Below are positions 40,508 to 52,302 of a DNA stretch of 64,000 nucleotides, piece by piece. Location: contig CAVUVW010000027.1 in the NCBI GenBank assembly GCA_963745035.1, forward strand, positions 96,001 through 160,000, read 5' to 3'. Made by a program: the position numbers and the translations under genes. The DNA comes from an uncultured delta proteobacterium. GTDB taxonomy: Bacteria > Desulfobacterota > Binatia > UBA9968. Below the pieces are notes generated by a model. That model saw nothing but the letters and a program-made list of their open reading frames with translations, was not told where the DNA came from and did not search any database. The first letter of the stretch is position 1, and every line of letters begins with the position of its first letter.

Positions 40508-40564
40508 AGGCTCCGACTTCGGGCGGGCTCGGCCTTGCGTGCCCGGAGTAGAGGCGATTGCCCG

Positions 40565-41338
40565 ATGACACAAGCAAAAATCCAAACCCGTCTTTGTCCG
40601 CATTGTGCCAACAGCATCGGCGCGGACGCGCTCACCTGTCCTTACTGCAAGGCCGACCTGATGGTAGGCGAGCCCGAGTGGCCGGCGCGCGGCGAGATCG
40701 ACCCGCCCATCTCTGCGCCGGAGAAGCAAAAGCTCACAGTCAAATCGAAGGCGATCTTGGCGCTCGGCTTGCTCGTGTTCGCGTTGGGAGTTTATCTCGT
40801 CGGCGGCAACGTCGAACGACACGATCTGGACAATGTGCTGGCGGAACAGCGAAAAACGCTTCGGGAAAGAGACCAAAAGATTCAAAGTTTGGAAGCGCAA
40901 CTGGCCGAGCTGCGTCAGAAGAGCCAGGGAGGCGCCCAGGAAACCGAGCAAATCAAGGCGCGACTGGACAAAAGCCAAGAGAACCTCGCCGCCGCGCAGC
41001 GCAAGTTGGCGAGCGCGAACAAAGAAATCGAGCGACTGTCTTCCAGCCGAGTCGCGCCCGCGGTCCGGCCGGCATCGCGGCGCGCCGATCCGCCGCCGCA
41101 GCGGTCTACGGCGCCTTCGAACGCCGGTAGGGAGCCGCGCACCTACGAGGCTGTTCGCTCCACTCAGGTCTATGAGGAGCCGGCTAGTTCGGCGCGAGTA
41201 GTCGCGCAGCTCACCAAAGGGACGCAGATCACGGTGGTGGGCTCGGGTGATGGTTGGCTCGAGATTCGCTCGCGGCATGGCAAGCCGCCGGGATTCATCC
41301 GCGCTGACGACGCAATGTTTGTGAGCCGGGCCAACTGA
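40565..41338 (+). CDS. Membrane protein: zinc ribbon, TM helix, coiled coil, SH3b domain
   Basis: CPHC..CPYC; hydrophobic helix; heptad region; VVAQLTKGTQITV..DGWLEI...GFI. Confidence 0.8.
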   Translation: MTQAKIQTRLCPHCANSIGADALTCPYCKADLMVGEPEWPARGEIDPPISAPEKQKLTVKSKAILALGLLVFALGVYLVGGNVERHDLDNVLAEQRKTLRERDQKIQSLEAQLAELRQKSQGGAQETEQIKARLDKSQENLAAAQRKLASANKEIERLSSSRVAPAVRPASRRADPPPQRSTAPSNAGREPRTYEAVRSTQVYEEPASSARVVAQLTKGTQITVVGSGDGWLEIRSRHGKPPGFIRADDAMFVSRAN

Positions 41339-41503
41339 GACGCTGCCTGGCGCGCCCGGGGTTCTATTTGCCGACGTGCGCGTGGCGCGGGCGTCGTCTC
41401 CTGATTCGCCGTTCCGCCTGAACATTCACTGAAAAGTCCTCTCCCCATCGGTTGACTTGCCCCGGCCGGGCTTTCTATGATCGTCCGTCGCGCGAGAGGC
41501 TAT

Positions 41504-42583
41504 ATGACATCGGTCACACTATTTTCCGCCTTTGTATTGTTGCTGTTCGGGAGTCAAGCCGTTTACAGCCAGGGATTCCGCAGCGGTGGGAGCGGGGGCG
41601 CGCGGAGCGGAGGAGCTTCGGCGCCCGCTGCAGCTTCCGGCAGGCAAGGTCTTCAGGCGCCGCAGCGTTTACCGGCAAGTTCGGCACAAGCGCCCCGCGC
41701 AGGCCCGTCCTTTCAGCATCACCCGAGTTGGCATAATCCGAGCTGGGTGCATCCCGCACCGGGAGTGACGGCTCCGGTGCCTCCTGGCGCAACTTCGACC
41801 TTGCCGCCGGTGGGAAGAGTCTGGGCGCCGCAGTCAAGCTGGCGAGACCGGCCGCGGCATCCTCATCACCCTCATCAGCGTCAGCATTTTCATAGACACG
41901 CCGGAGTTGTGATTTTTGGCGTGCCGGAGATTGCCGGCACCACTGTGATCACGCAGGTCGCGCCTGGTGTAGTGCGCCAGGAACGGCGTTACGCCGAGGA
42001 GCCCGGGCCGGAAATTTCCGGGCGTGGTCCCGAAAGTCTGGCGCCGTTCGATCCCACGCCTCAGGAGATTGTCGAACGCATGCTTGCGCTCGCCGGAGCT
42101 CAGAAAGGCGACGTGATTTATGATCTGGGCGCGGGCGACGGACGGATTCTCATCGCGGCGGCCAAAAAATACGGCGCGCGTGGGGTCGGATTCGAAACCG
42201 ATCCGGGACTGGTCAAGCTGGCCCGTGAAAACGCGCGCAGCGCCGGAGTCGAAAAACGCGTGGAGATTCGCCAGCAGGATTTTCTCTCGGCGGATCTCTC
42301 CCCGGCATCAGTGGTGACGCTCTACTTGTCCTATGACGGTAACCTTGCCGTGCGGGAGCAGCTCCGTCGGCAGCTTCGCCCGGGAGCGCGCGTAGTTTCC
42401 TACACCTTCGACATGGGCGATTGGCCGCCGAAGATCGCGGAGTCTTACCGCGACGGAAACGGCAACGCGCATTCATTGTATCTTTGGGAGATTACCGCGC
42501 CGGCGCTGGCAAGCCGAGGCTCCGAGCCGATGCTTCAGCCGCATCCGAGCCGCGCCGGTCCGCTGATTATCGACGTTCGATAA
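41504..42583 (+). CDS. SAM-dependent methyltransferase with signal peptide and low-complexity N-terminus
   Basis: APFDPTP, YDLGAGDGRI, LRPGARVVSY; TTGACT-N18-TATGAT upstream (41452-41481). Confidence 0.83.
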   Translation: MTSVTLFSAFVLLLFGSQAVYSQGFRSGGSGGARSGGASAPAAASGRQGLQAPQRLPASSAQAPRAGPSFQHHPSWHNPSWVHPAPGVTAPVPPGATSTLPPVGRVWAPQSSWRDRPRHPHHPHQRQHFHRHAGVVIFGVPEIAGTTVITQVAPGVVRQERRYAEEPGPEISGRGPESLAPFDPTPQEIVERMLALAGAQKGDVIYDLGAGDGRILIAAAKKYGARGVGFETDPGLVKLARENARSAGVEKRVEIRQQDFLSADLSPASVVTLYLSYDGNLAVREQLRRQLRPGARVVSYTFDMGDWPPKIAESYRDGNGNAHSLYLWEITAPALASRGSEPMLQPHPSRAGPLIIDVR

Positions 42584-42604
42584 ATTCGATTATCACCCAC
42601 CTTT

Positions 42605-43552
42605 TTAGGCGCTATAAAGTTGATCGATGAAGCCGGTGTCGTCGATCTTGCGGAGATAATGCAGATCCCAAGGCTCCATCGGGCCGATGTGGCGCATCTT
42701 GGGATCCTTGCCGACGTCGAGGTCGTAGACGTTTTGAATGGCGGCCGGAAGCGGGTACGGTTTTTTTGAAAGCAGCTTGGCCCACTCGCGCTGCAGGTGC
42801 ACGTAATATTCGTCCTCTTCCAGGCCGTAGCGCTTGGCCAGATTCTTCTTCAAGATCGGCACCACTTTGTCGGGTTGCGTTTTGAAGAAATGCAGCGCCT
42901 CGATAAATCCCTTGATAAACGCGTAAACGGTCTCTTCGTTGGCCTTGATGTAATCACTGGTCGCGAGCAACGTGGTATTGTGAATCACCGGCCTGTCGGG
43001 AAGATCGACCACGTGCAGCCCCTTTTTCACGCCGTAAAGATCGAAAGGCATGTCGACCAGCGCGGCGACCGCCTTGCCGGAAGTAATCTCGTCGACGAAT
43101 TCTAGAAACTTACCGGAGGTGTCATTAATAACTTCCATGTTGATCTCGTCCGGTTTGAGCCCGCAATCCTGCAGCACAGCGCGCAGATTCCCCGAAACGC
43201 ACGGAGCCTTGGAGTGGCAGACGATCTTTTTGCCTTTTAAGTCTTCGATCGTTTTGATTTCAGCAGATGCGACCAGGCGGTCGTCCCAGTTATTCTGCGC
43301 CTGGGCAAGGTAAGTCAGGCGCTTTTCGCCCTTGGCGCGCTCGCGGTAGGTTTCATGGTGCAGACCGCTGAGAAAATCGATCTCGCCGGCGAGCGCCAGC
43401 TTGGCGCGATGGGCCATGGTCGGGGCCTTGGCGCCGCCGACGATATGCAAATCGATCTCATAGCCGTACTTCTCCATGACTTTGGATTCCTTGAAGACAT
43501 AGAGAAACGGCAGGTGGGAAGAATCGCTGGCGAGAAGATCCAGTGTTCGCAT
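42605..43552 (-). CDS. NMT1/SsuA-fold protein without signal peptide
   Basis: IEDLKGKKI, FIKGFIEALHFFK, YLRKIDDTGFIDQLY. Confidence 0.8.
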   Translation of the reverse strand: MRTLDLLASDSSHLPFLYVFKESKVMEKYGYEIDLHIVGGAKAPTMAHRAKLALAGEIDFLSGLHHETYRERAKGEKRLTYLAQAQNNWDDRLVASAEIKTIEDLKGKKIVCHSKAPCVSGNLRAVLQDCGLKPDEINMEVINDTSGKFLEFVDEITSGKAVAALVDMPFDLYGVKKGLHVVDLPDRPVIHNTTLLATSDYIKANEETVYAFIKGFIEALHFFKTQPDKVVPILKKNLAKRYGLEEDEYYVHLQREWAKLLSKKPYPLPAAIQNVYDLDVGKDPKMRHIGPMEPWDLHYLRKIDDTGFIDQLYSA

Positions 43553-43575
43553 GACTTTTCTCCTTTTGGTCTAGT

Positions 43576-43628
43576 GGTTCAAGACGTTCAAATCGTTCAA
43601 TCGCTATGCTCCGTTCAAGCTGTCCGAA
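43576..43628. repeat. GTTCAA 9-mer array (single arm)
   Basis: ggttcaaga cgttcaaat cgttcaatc gctatgctc cgttcaagc. Confidence 0.8.
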
Positions 43629-43668
43629 CAATAGCAATGACCAGCATGTTTTGAAGTGCTAATGTCCG

Positions 43669-44637
43669 TCACATTCCCAACTCGCGCTGCGCTTCGCGCA
43701 GCAAACTCATGTCATGGGCGACGGACACCGGCACATTGGTTTTTTTCGTTTGCTGCTGGATAAAGCTCCATTCGATGCTGAGATCATCGTCGCTGAGCAT
43801 ACCGTTCTTGCTGAAACCGGGATTCGCCAATTCCAATGACCGGAGCGCGTCTTTCTCCGTCGCCCTCGTCCAGGCCATCAGAATCTTGACCGTGTCTTTA
43901 GGATTTGTCTGCAATAGTTGCAGGCTGCGCAGCATCGCGCGAAGCGCGCGTTTGATCAGATCGGGATCTTTCCTGATCCTCTCTTCGCGGACCCCGAGGC
44001 CGGCAATGGGGTTGACGACGATCTCCGCCGTGTTGCCGAGTAGCCGATAGCCCTTATTCTCCAGTTGAACGTTGGTCGGCAGAGGCATCAGACTGCCCTG
44101 GGCGATGTTCTTGTCCAGCGCGGCGATGCGCGCCGGCGTGGGGCCCAGCGCCAACAACTGATAGTCGCCTTTCTTCAGACCAAGATGCTGTAAATGCTTT
44201 TCGGTGAGAATCGCTTGAGTGTTGCCGAAAGACGCGACGGCGAAAACTTTACCCTTCAACTCGGACGCCGAGGTAATCTCCGGGCGCACAACCAGGGCGA
44301 ACAGGGGGCGAGAATTCAACGCGGCGACCAGCTTTGTACCGAGGCCTTGCATGGCGCCGTTGAGCACAGGGGAAATGTTGAGTGAAAAGTCGATATGACC
44401 GTTCGCCAGCGCCACAGTGGCGACGTTGCCGTTCATCTGAATGAGCTGGGGCTCCAGGCCCTCGCTGCGGAAGAAGCCTTTCTCCACCGCGACTTTGACG
44501 GGAAACCAGGTCATGCTAACGGCCGAATAGGACAGCGTCACTTTTCGCGGTTCGGGACCGGCGGCGGCCTGTGCTCCGAGAGACGCGAGGAAAAGCAATG
44601 AAAGCTGAAGGAGAAATTGCCGGACCGGCGATATCAT
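43669..44637 (-). CDS. NMT1/SsuA-type solute-binding protein
   Basis: Signal peptide; KGFFRSEGLE; ELKGKVFAV. Confidence 0.87.
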   Translation of the reverse strand: MISPVRQFLLQLSLLFLASLGAQAAAGPEPRKVTLSYSAVSMTWFPVKVAVEKGFFRSEGLEPQLIQMNGNVATVALANGHIDFSLNISPVLNGAMQGLGTKLVAALNSRPLFALVVRPEITSASELKGKVFAVASFGNTQAILTEKHLQHLGLKKGDYQLLALGPTPARIAALDKNIAQGSLMPLPTNVQLENKGYRLLGNTAEIVVNPIAGLGVREERIRKDPDLIKRALRAMLRSLQLLQTNPKDTVKILMAWTRATEKDALRSLELANPGFSKNGMLSDDDLSIEWSFIQQQTKKTNVPVSVAHDMSLLREAQRELGM

Positions 44638-45468
44638 TGGGCTAATTTCGGGTGCTCAATCGGCAGATCCGTCCGGTCGCCCCATTCCTTCCACGATCCG
44701 ATGTAATTGCGCACTTTAGGAAAACCGAGCAGGCGCAGGGCGACGTAGCTATGCGCGGCGCGGTAGCCGCCTTGGCAGTAGGAGACGACTTCCTTGTCCG
44801 GCGTGATGCCGGCCTTGTCGTACATCGACTTTAGATCGGCTTTGCTCTTGAACTTTCCCTCGGCGTCGAGATTGTCGGTCCATTCGATGTGCACCGCGCC
44901 TGGTATCGCGCCGCCCCGCGCGGCCCGCACTTGGGTGCCGTAGTATTCGCCCGCGCTGCGCGTGTCGAGGATCGCGATGTCGTTTTTATTGAGTGAGCGA
45001 AGCACGTCGCCGGCGGTTGCCAAGACCTCACGGCGTTCGTTGACTTTGAAAGTGGAAGATTTGGGCGCGGTGGCTTCACGAGTCACCGGCGCGCCGGCAG
45101 CCTGCCAAGCTTTGAAGCCGCCGTCGAGCATCTTGACGTCAGGATGGCCGTAGTATTCCAAAAACCACAGGCCACGAGCCGCCCGCATGCCTGAGTTCTC
45201 TTCGTAGAAAACGACTTCTTTACTTTCGCTCACGCCGCGCAGCTCGAGCACGTGATGAATCATGAACATGAATGCTTTGAGCGGCGCTTCGCTAGTATCG
45301 ACAAGGCTCAGGCCGAAGAGATCGAAGTGTGTGGCGCCGGGAATATGGCCGCGCGCATAATCTTCGGCGGGCCTGACGTCGATGATGCAAAGATTCGGCG
45401 AGTCCGAGTTTGCTCTGCAGCTCGGTGACCGTTATGAGGAGAGTTTCGCGCGCGTATTGTTTTTCCAT
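44634..45468 (-). CDS. Two-domain rhodanese / sulfurtransferase, frameshift near 45400
   Basis: IIDVRP..YARGHIPGA; LDGG; YCQGGYRAA; YIGSWKEW. Confidence 0.87.
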
Positions 45469-45506
45469 AGCGTCCCTATAGCATTAGTCAAAATGGCACT
45501 GCAATA

Positions 45507-46652
45507 ATGCGATCCAATCGTAAGCTCAAGATCATTTTACTTTGTGCATTCGTTTCCTTTTGTCAGACTCTTACCCTCTCCCGTCCTGGGAGAGGGGAGG
45601 GTGAGGGCCAGCGACTTGCATTGGGTTTTACCTACCAGCTCGCGCTTCCCGGACGTAAGCTCTCTTTTCCGGCGGATCATTATTCCCATCCCGATTTCAA
45701 AACCGAATGGTGGTACTACACCGGCCATTTAGAAACGGAGAGCGGCAAACGCTACGGCTATCAGGTTACTTTCTTTCGTTTCGGCGTGCGTGATCGACAG
45801 AAAGACTTGAAAGAAGAGCCGCTGTTCACGGAGCTCTACATGGCGCATTTCGCGCTTTCCGATATTGCCGCCAAGAAATTTCTCTATCGCGAGCGCCTCA
45901 ATCGCGGCTATGGCGACAAGGCGGGGGCAGCCACCGACCGTTATCTCGTTTGGAACGAAGACTGGAAGGTCGAAGGCGGCGAGAAGGATCATCGAATCGT
46001 GGTCAGCGACCGGGGCACGACTTTGAAGCTTTCGCTCCGATCGCTCAAGCCGCCAGTGCTGCACGGCGACAATGGGCACAGCCAAAAGGGCGAGGGCGAG
46101 GGAAGGGCATCGTATTACTATTCGCTGACGCGCATGCAAACCGAAGGCGAGCTGACCATCGGCGGCAGGAAGGAAAAAGTGCGCGGTCAGAGCTGGATGG
46201 ACCACGAATTCGGCAGCAATCAGCTCGCCGACAATCAAATCGGTTGGGACTGGTTCAGCATTCAGCTCGACAATCAAAACGAACTGATGCTCTACCTCAT
46301 GCGCCGAAAGGACGGCTCGGTCGATCTGCATTCCAGCGGCACGCTCGTGAGTGCCAACGGCGCGACCAAGCATCTCACCCTCAAAGATTTTCGCATCCAA
46401 GTGTTGGATCGTTGGAAGAGTCCCAAGAGCGGCGCCAATTATCCGATGAAGTGGAAAGTGTTTATTCCTGTTCAGGACATCGAGCTAGAGATTCTACCGG
46501 CATTTCCCGATCAGGAGCTGATCACCAACCGCAGCACCCGGGTGACGTACTGGGAAGGCGCGGTGCAAGTCCGTGGTAACTTTCAAGGGAAACCGATTGG
46601 CGGAAACGGATATGTTGAAATGACCGGATATGCAGGGAAGCTGACGCTCTGA
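45507..46652 (+). CDS. AttH / CrtC-like lipocalin-domain protein
   Basis: HPDFKTEWWYYTG, SYYYS, WMDHEF, GWDWF, YWEG, GYVEMTGY. Confidence 0.88.
   Translation: MRSNRKLKIILLCAFVSFCQTLTLSRPGRGEGEGQRLALGFTYQLALPGRKLSFPADHYSHPDFKTEWWYYTGHLETESGKRYGYQVTFFRFGVRDRQKDLKEEPLFTELYMAHFALSDIAAKKFLYRERLNRGYGDKAGAATDRYLVWNEDWKVEGGEKDHRIVVSDRGTTLKLSLRSLKPPVLHGDNGHSQKGEGEGRASYYYSLTRMQTEGELTIGGRKEKVRGQSWMDHEFGSNQLADNQIGWDWFSIQLDNQNELMLYLMRRKDGSVDLHSSGTLVSANGATKHLTLKDFRIQVLDRWKSPKSGANYPMKWKVFIPVQDIELEILPAFPDQELITNRSTRVTYWEGAVQVRGNFQGKPIGGNGYVEMTGYAGKLTL
45568..45607. repeat. CCCTCTCCC...GGGAGAGGG palindrome inside the coding region
   Basis: ctcttaccctctcccgtcctgggagaggggagggtgaggg. Confidence 0.7.
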
Positions 46653-46724
46653 GCGATCGTGTCGTTTTTTACAGGAAGCGCTCGGCAGTGTGATACTAAC
46701 CAAGTTTGTATTACGGAATGTCCC

Positions 46725-46973
46725 TAGGCGAGCCGCTATTTCGAGAATATTGGGCTCGCACGATATCCATTCTATGGTGAAAGAATTCATCAATCGTAGG
46801 GCGTGACGAGCCTCCTCTTCTCCTTCTTCGCGCCAAACGATATAGAGAACCTCCATCCGGCTCATGAAAGAAGCCAGGAGCCGGCATTGGTTCTTTCCGC
46901 CTGAGAAAGAAGCGTTTCGACTCGGTCCGCCCCTGGGTTCGTCGCCTCGCAATGCGAGCAGAACGGATGTATT
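46725..46973 (-). pseudogene. Internal fragment of a PIN-domain (VapC-like) toxin gene
   Basis: With two compensating indels reads TSVLLALRGDEPGADRVETLL...SFMSRMEVLYIVWREEGEEEA...ILEIAARL; no start, no C-terminal acidic motif. Confidence 0.6.
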
Positions 46974-47128
46974 ACACGATGTGTCTCGTACCTGCGAGCG
47001 GGATTTAGATTTACAAGTAGTTTGACAATTTGTCTTGTTCCTGCGGCGCGATCTCACAGCGGTAAAAACGGGGTACTCCGTCATTGATTTTGCTGGAATA
47101 AATACGGAAACTCCTTTCATCGACACTT

Positions 47129-48535
47129 ATGGTGAGCGAGAACGTAAAAGCGACGGTCAAGCGATTCGACCTGATTCTACCAGGCGATCGTATACTCATC
47201 GCTGTATCCGGCGGGCCGGATTCCGTGGCTTTGCTGCATTTGCTCAATGAACTACGCGAGGAGCTTTCATTGCACTTGGAAGTGGCGCATCTGCAGCACG
47301 GCATGCGCGGTGAAGAAGCCAAGGAGGACGCGCGGTTTGTTCAGCGTTTGGCAGCAAAGCTGGAGCTTCCTTTCCACCTAAAAGAGATCGATCTGCCGGG
47401 GATGAAGCTGTCGGCCGGCGCGGGCAATCTCGAAGAGTTGGCGCGCCAAGCGCGTTACCGGTTTTTCGCCGACTTGGCGGTGGAAAAAAATCTCCGAAAG
47501 ATCGCCACCGGGCACACGTTGGACGATCAGGCGGAAACCGCGCTGATGTGGTTTTTGCGCGGCGCGGGTTCGAAGGGCGTGGGTGGCATGGCGCCGCTTT
47601 CGCGAATTACCGGCTCCGCTGGGCACCCGGTGGCGGTGATCCGACCGTTTCTCGAAGTTTCCAAAGCGGAGATTCTGGAATATTTGAAAGATCGAGGCCT
47701 GGAGTTTCGCGTGGACGCCACTAATCGAGATTCCAGGTTGCTGCGGAACTGGTTCCGCCTCGAGCTCTTGCCAAGCATCCAGCAGCGGCTGGATGCCCGG
47801 GCGCCGGCGCGCTTGGCCCAACAAGCGGAGATTTTCCGCGATGAAGATGCTCTGCTCGATCGCTTGGCGCGCGACTGCTTCGCCGCGATGCGCGCGGCGG
47901 GCAGCATTGATCGTCTCGCGCTGCTCGCTCGACCGCGTGCCCTGCAGCGCAGGATTTTGCGTCTTTGGATCGAGCAGGCGCGCGGACATTTGCGCGCTCT
48001 CGAGTTTATTCACATCGAGGATGGTTTGCGTCTAATCGCTGGAGAGGCGCCGCAAGGCCGCGTGGCGATTCCCGGCGGCTGGGAGTTGGCGCGCGAATAT
48101 GATCGACTCAAAATCGAGAAACAAGTTCGAAGCCGGCGTTCAGTCTGCTATGATTATCCGTTAAAAATCGGAACGATACTGCCAATTGTCGAAGCGGGCC
48201 TGGAGCTTTATAGCGAGCGCATCGCGGCGCCGGATCGATGGCCCAAGAATCTCATGGAGGCGGTTTTTGACTGGAATCATGTAAACGGCGCGTTGGCGGT
48301 GCGTAATTTTCGCCGGGGCGACCGGTTTCAGCCGCTGGGCATGAAAGGGCGCAAAAAAATCAAGGACTTGTTCATCGAGAAGCGGGTGCCGTTGTCGATG
48401 AGAGCGCGTTGGCCGCTGCTCACGGCCGGCGATGAGGTTCTGTGGATTCCCGGCTACGGCCGGAGCGCCACCGCTCCAGTACGCAAAGCCACGACCGCGG
48501 TATTGCGCCTTGAGGCGCGGTCCGTTCAAGGTTAA
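47129..48535 (+). CDS. tilS: tRNA(Ile)-lysidine synthetase
   Basis: AVSGGPDS, GHTLDDQAET, RN..R, C-terminal GDRFQPLG. Confidence 0.96.
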   Translation: MVSENVKATVKRFDLILPGDRILIAVSGGPDSVALLHLLNELREELSLHLEVAHLQHGMRGEEAKEDARFVQRLAAKLELPFHLKEIDLPGMKLSAGAGNLEELARQARYRFFADLAVEKNLRKIATGHTLDDQAETALMWFLRGAGSKGVGGMAPLSRITGSAGHPVAVIRPFLEVSKAEILEYLKDRGLEFRVDATNRDSRLLRNWFRLELLPSIQQRLDARAPARLAQQAEIFRDEDALLDRLARDCFAAMRAAGSIDRLALLARPRALQRRILRLWIEQARGHLRALEFIHIEDGLRLIAGEAPQGRVAIPGGWELAREYDRLKIEKQVRSRRSVCYDYPLKIGTILPIVEAGLELYSERIAAPDRWPKNLMEAVFDWNHVNGALAVRNFRRGDRFQPLGMKGRKKIKDLFIEKRVPLSMRARWPLLTAGDEVLWIPGYGRSATAPVRKATTAVLRLEARSVQG

Positions 48536-48610
48536 ATGATGGCGCAGCATTATTGCTACAAGTGGTCACGTATGTTAAGCTTTTCGCGTTCCTAACTTTT
48601 GGAGGATCGG

Positions 48611-50451
<1,841 letters not shown>

Positions 50452-50612
50452 GCGATTCTTGCCGGAGCGTCGGTTCCCGAATATCTGCGTTCCCAATCCG
50501 ATGATTGTCCTCGCTCCGAAGGCCGCCTTGTGCGGCTCGGGCGAGGTTCATCGCGAAAATAGTAGGACCATTCGCGGCCCATGTGAGTGTTTCGACGGAT
50601 TGCGGATACCCG

Positions 50613-51530
50613 ATGGCGGACAGAAAACTCCAGGAACCAAGCGTCGCGCTGACGCCGCTGGTAGCACCGCCGGCGGCCGGAGAGCGCGGGTTTTTGCAAA
50701 CCCGCCACGGCCGCCTGGATTTTTCGCGCCGCACGCTCGTCATGGGGATTCTCAACGTTACTCCGGATTCATTTTACGGCGCCAGCCGGCGTCCCGATCC
50801 GGTCAAGGCGATCGCCGACGGCGTAGCGATGGCGGCGAGCGGCGCGGACATCATCGACGTCGGCGGCGAGTCGAGCCGTCCCGGCGCCATTCCGGTTTCG
50901 GAAGAAGAGGAACTCGCCAGAGTTCTGCCGGTCGTGCGCGGCTTGCGCCGCGAGGTCAACGTGCCGATTTCCGTGGACACGTATAAATCCGGCGTCGCGC
51001 GCGCCGCGCTGGAAGCCGGCGCCGATATCGTCAACGACGTCAGCGCGCTGCGCTTCGACGGCGCGATGAGCTCTCTCCTAGCCGCGGAGAAGGTGCCGGT
51101 GGTGCTGATGCACATGCAGGGAACGCCGCGCACCATGCAAGCGGAGCCGCGCTACGACGACGTCACCCGCGAGGTGAGGGAGTTTCTCGCCGCGCAGCTT
51201 TACGAGGCGATGGACGCGGGCGTGCCGCAGGAATCGATTATTCTCGATCCGGGCATCGGCTTCGGCAAGACCATCGAGCACAATCTCCAACTGCTGCGCG
51301 GCCTGCCCGCCCTCGCCGCGTTGGGGCAAGCACTGTTGGTCGGCGTCTCGCGCAAGGCCTTTATCGGCAAGATTTTGGAACTCGACCCCGATGGGCGCCT
51401 CGAAGGAAGCCTGGCGGCGGCCGTGGCCGCGGTCTTGGCCGGCGCCAATATCGTGCGCGTCCATGACGTGAGCGAAACCTGCAAGGCGGTGCGGGTGGCC
51501 GATGCCATCCGCTTCGGCCTGTGCCGATGA
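50613..51530 (+). CDS. folP: Dihydropteroate synthase
   Basis: MGILNVTPDSF, GGESSRPG, DPGIGFGK, SRK, RVHDV. Confidence 0.96.
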   Translation: MADRKLQEPSVALTPLVAPPAAGERGFLQTRHGRLDFSRRTLVMGILNVTPDSFYGASRRPDPVKAIADGVAMAASGADIIDVGGESSRPGAIPVSEEEELARVLPVVRGLRREVNVPISVDTYKSGVARAALEAGADIVNDVSALRFDGAMSSLLAAEKVPVVLMHMQGTPRTMQAEPRYDDVTREVREFLAAQLYEAMDAGVPQESIILDPGIGFGKTIEHNLQLLRGLPALAALGQALLVGVSRKAFIGKILELDPDGRLEGSLAAAVAAVLAGANIVRVHDVSETCKAVRVADAIRFGLCR

Positions 51531-51543
51531 CAAGCGAGCCGCC

Positions 51544-52302
51544 ATGCTCGAGCTGATCCAACCGATTCGTTGGCAGGACTTCCTCGACATCGGCATCATC
51601 ACCTTCCTCGTCTATCGCTCGTTGCAGATCGTGCGCGGCAGCCGCGCCATGCAGATGATTATCGGCCTGACGGTGATCCTGGTCGCCTACGGGGCGTCGC
51701 GCGCGCTCGGTCTGCTCACCTTGAGCTGGATCCTCGATAATTTTCTCGCTTCGATCATCCTGGTGATCGTCGTGATCTTTCAAAGCGACATCCGCCGCGC
51801 GCTCACCCAGGTCGGCAGCGCGCCGTTGTTTGCCGCGGCGGAGCGCATGGTCCAGCCCAGCGATGATGTCATCGACGAAGTCGGCCAGGCCGCGACCGCG
51901 CTGGCGGAAAAGAACGTCGGCGCGCTGATCGTGATCGAGCGCGAGGTCGGGCTCAATGAATACATGGAGATCGGCACGCGGCTCGACGCCAGAGTCAGCC
52001 GCGAGCTCGTCGAGAGCGTATTCCTGCCGCATTCGCCGATCCACGACGGCGCGCTGGTGATCCAGAAGGGGCGGGTCACGGCGGTGCGCTGCCTTCTGCC
52101 GCTCAGCACCAATCCCAATCTGCGGAAAACCTGGGGCACGCGCCACCGCGCCGCCCTCGGCGTGACCGAGGAGACCGATGCCGTGGCGGTGGTGGTCTCC
52201 GAGCAGGAGGGCAACGCCGCATTGGTCGTTGGCGGCAATGTGACCGAAAACATCGACGGCGCGCGGCTGCGCTCGGCGCTGCGCGAGTTGCTCAAGGGAT
52301 GA
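51544..52302 (+). CDS. cdaA: Diadenylate cyclase
   Basis: Three TM helices; HDGA; GTRHRAA. Confidence 0.95.
   Translation: MLELIQPIRWQDFLDIGIITFLVYRSLQIVRGSRAMQMIIGLTVILVAYGASRALGLLTLSWILDNFLASIILVIVVIFQSDIRRALTQVGSAPLFAAAERMVQPSDDVIDEVGQAATALAEKNVGALIVIEREVGLNEYMEIGTRLDARVSRELVESVFLPHSPIHDGALVIQKGRVTAVRCLLPLSTNPNLRKTWGTRHRAALGVTEETDAVAVVVSEQEGNAALVVGGNVTENIDGARLRSALRELLKG

Noticed and set aside
48538-48560. Sigma54-like TGGC...TTGC upstream of ftsH (also near 45493 and 33392)
   Set aside because: GG-to-GC spacing is not the required 10 nt.
50517-50556. Hairpin upstream of folP as a riboswitch
   Set aside because: A single GC-rich stem with no recognisable aptamer consensus.
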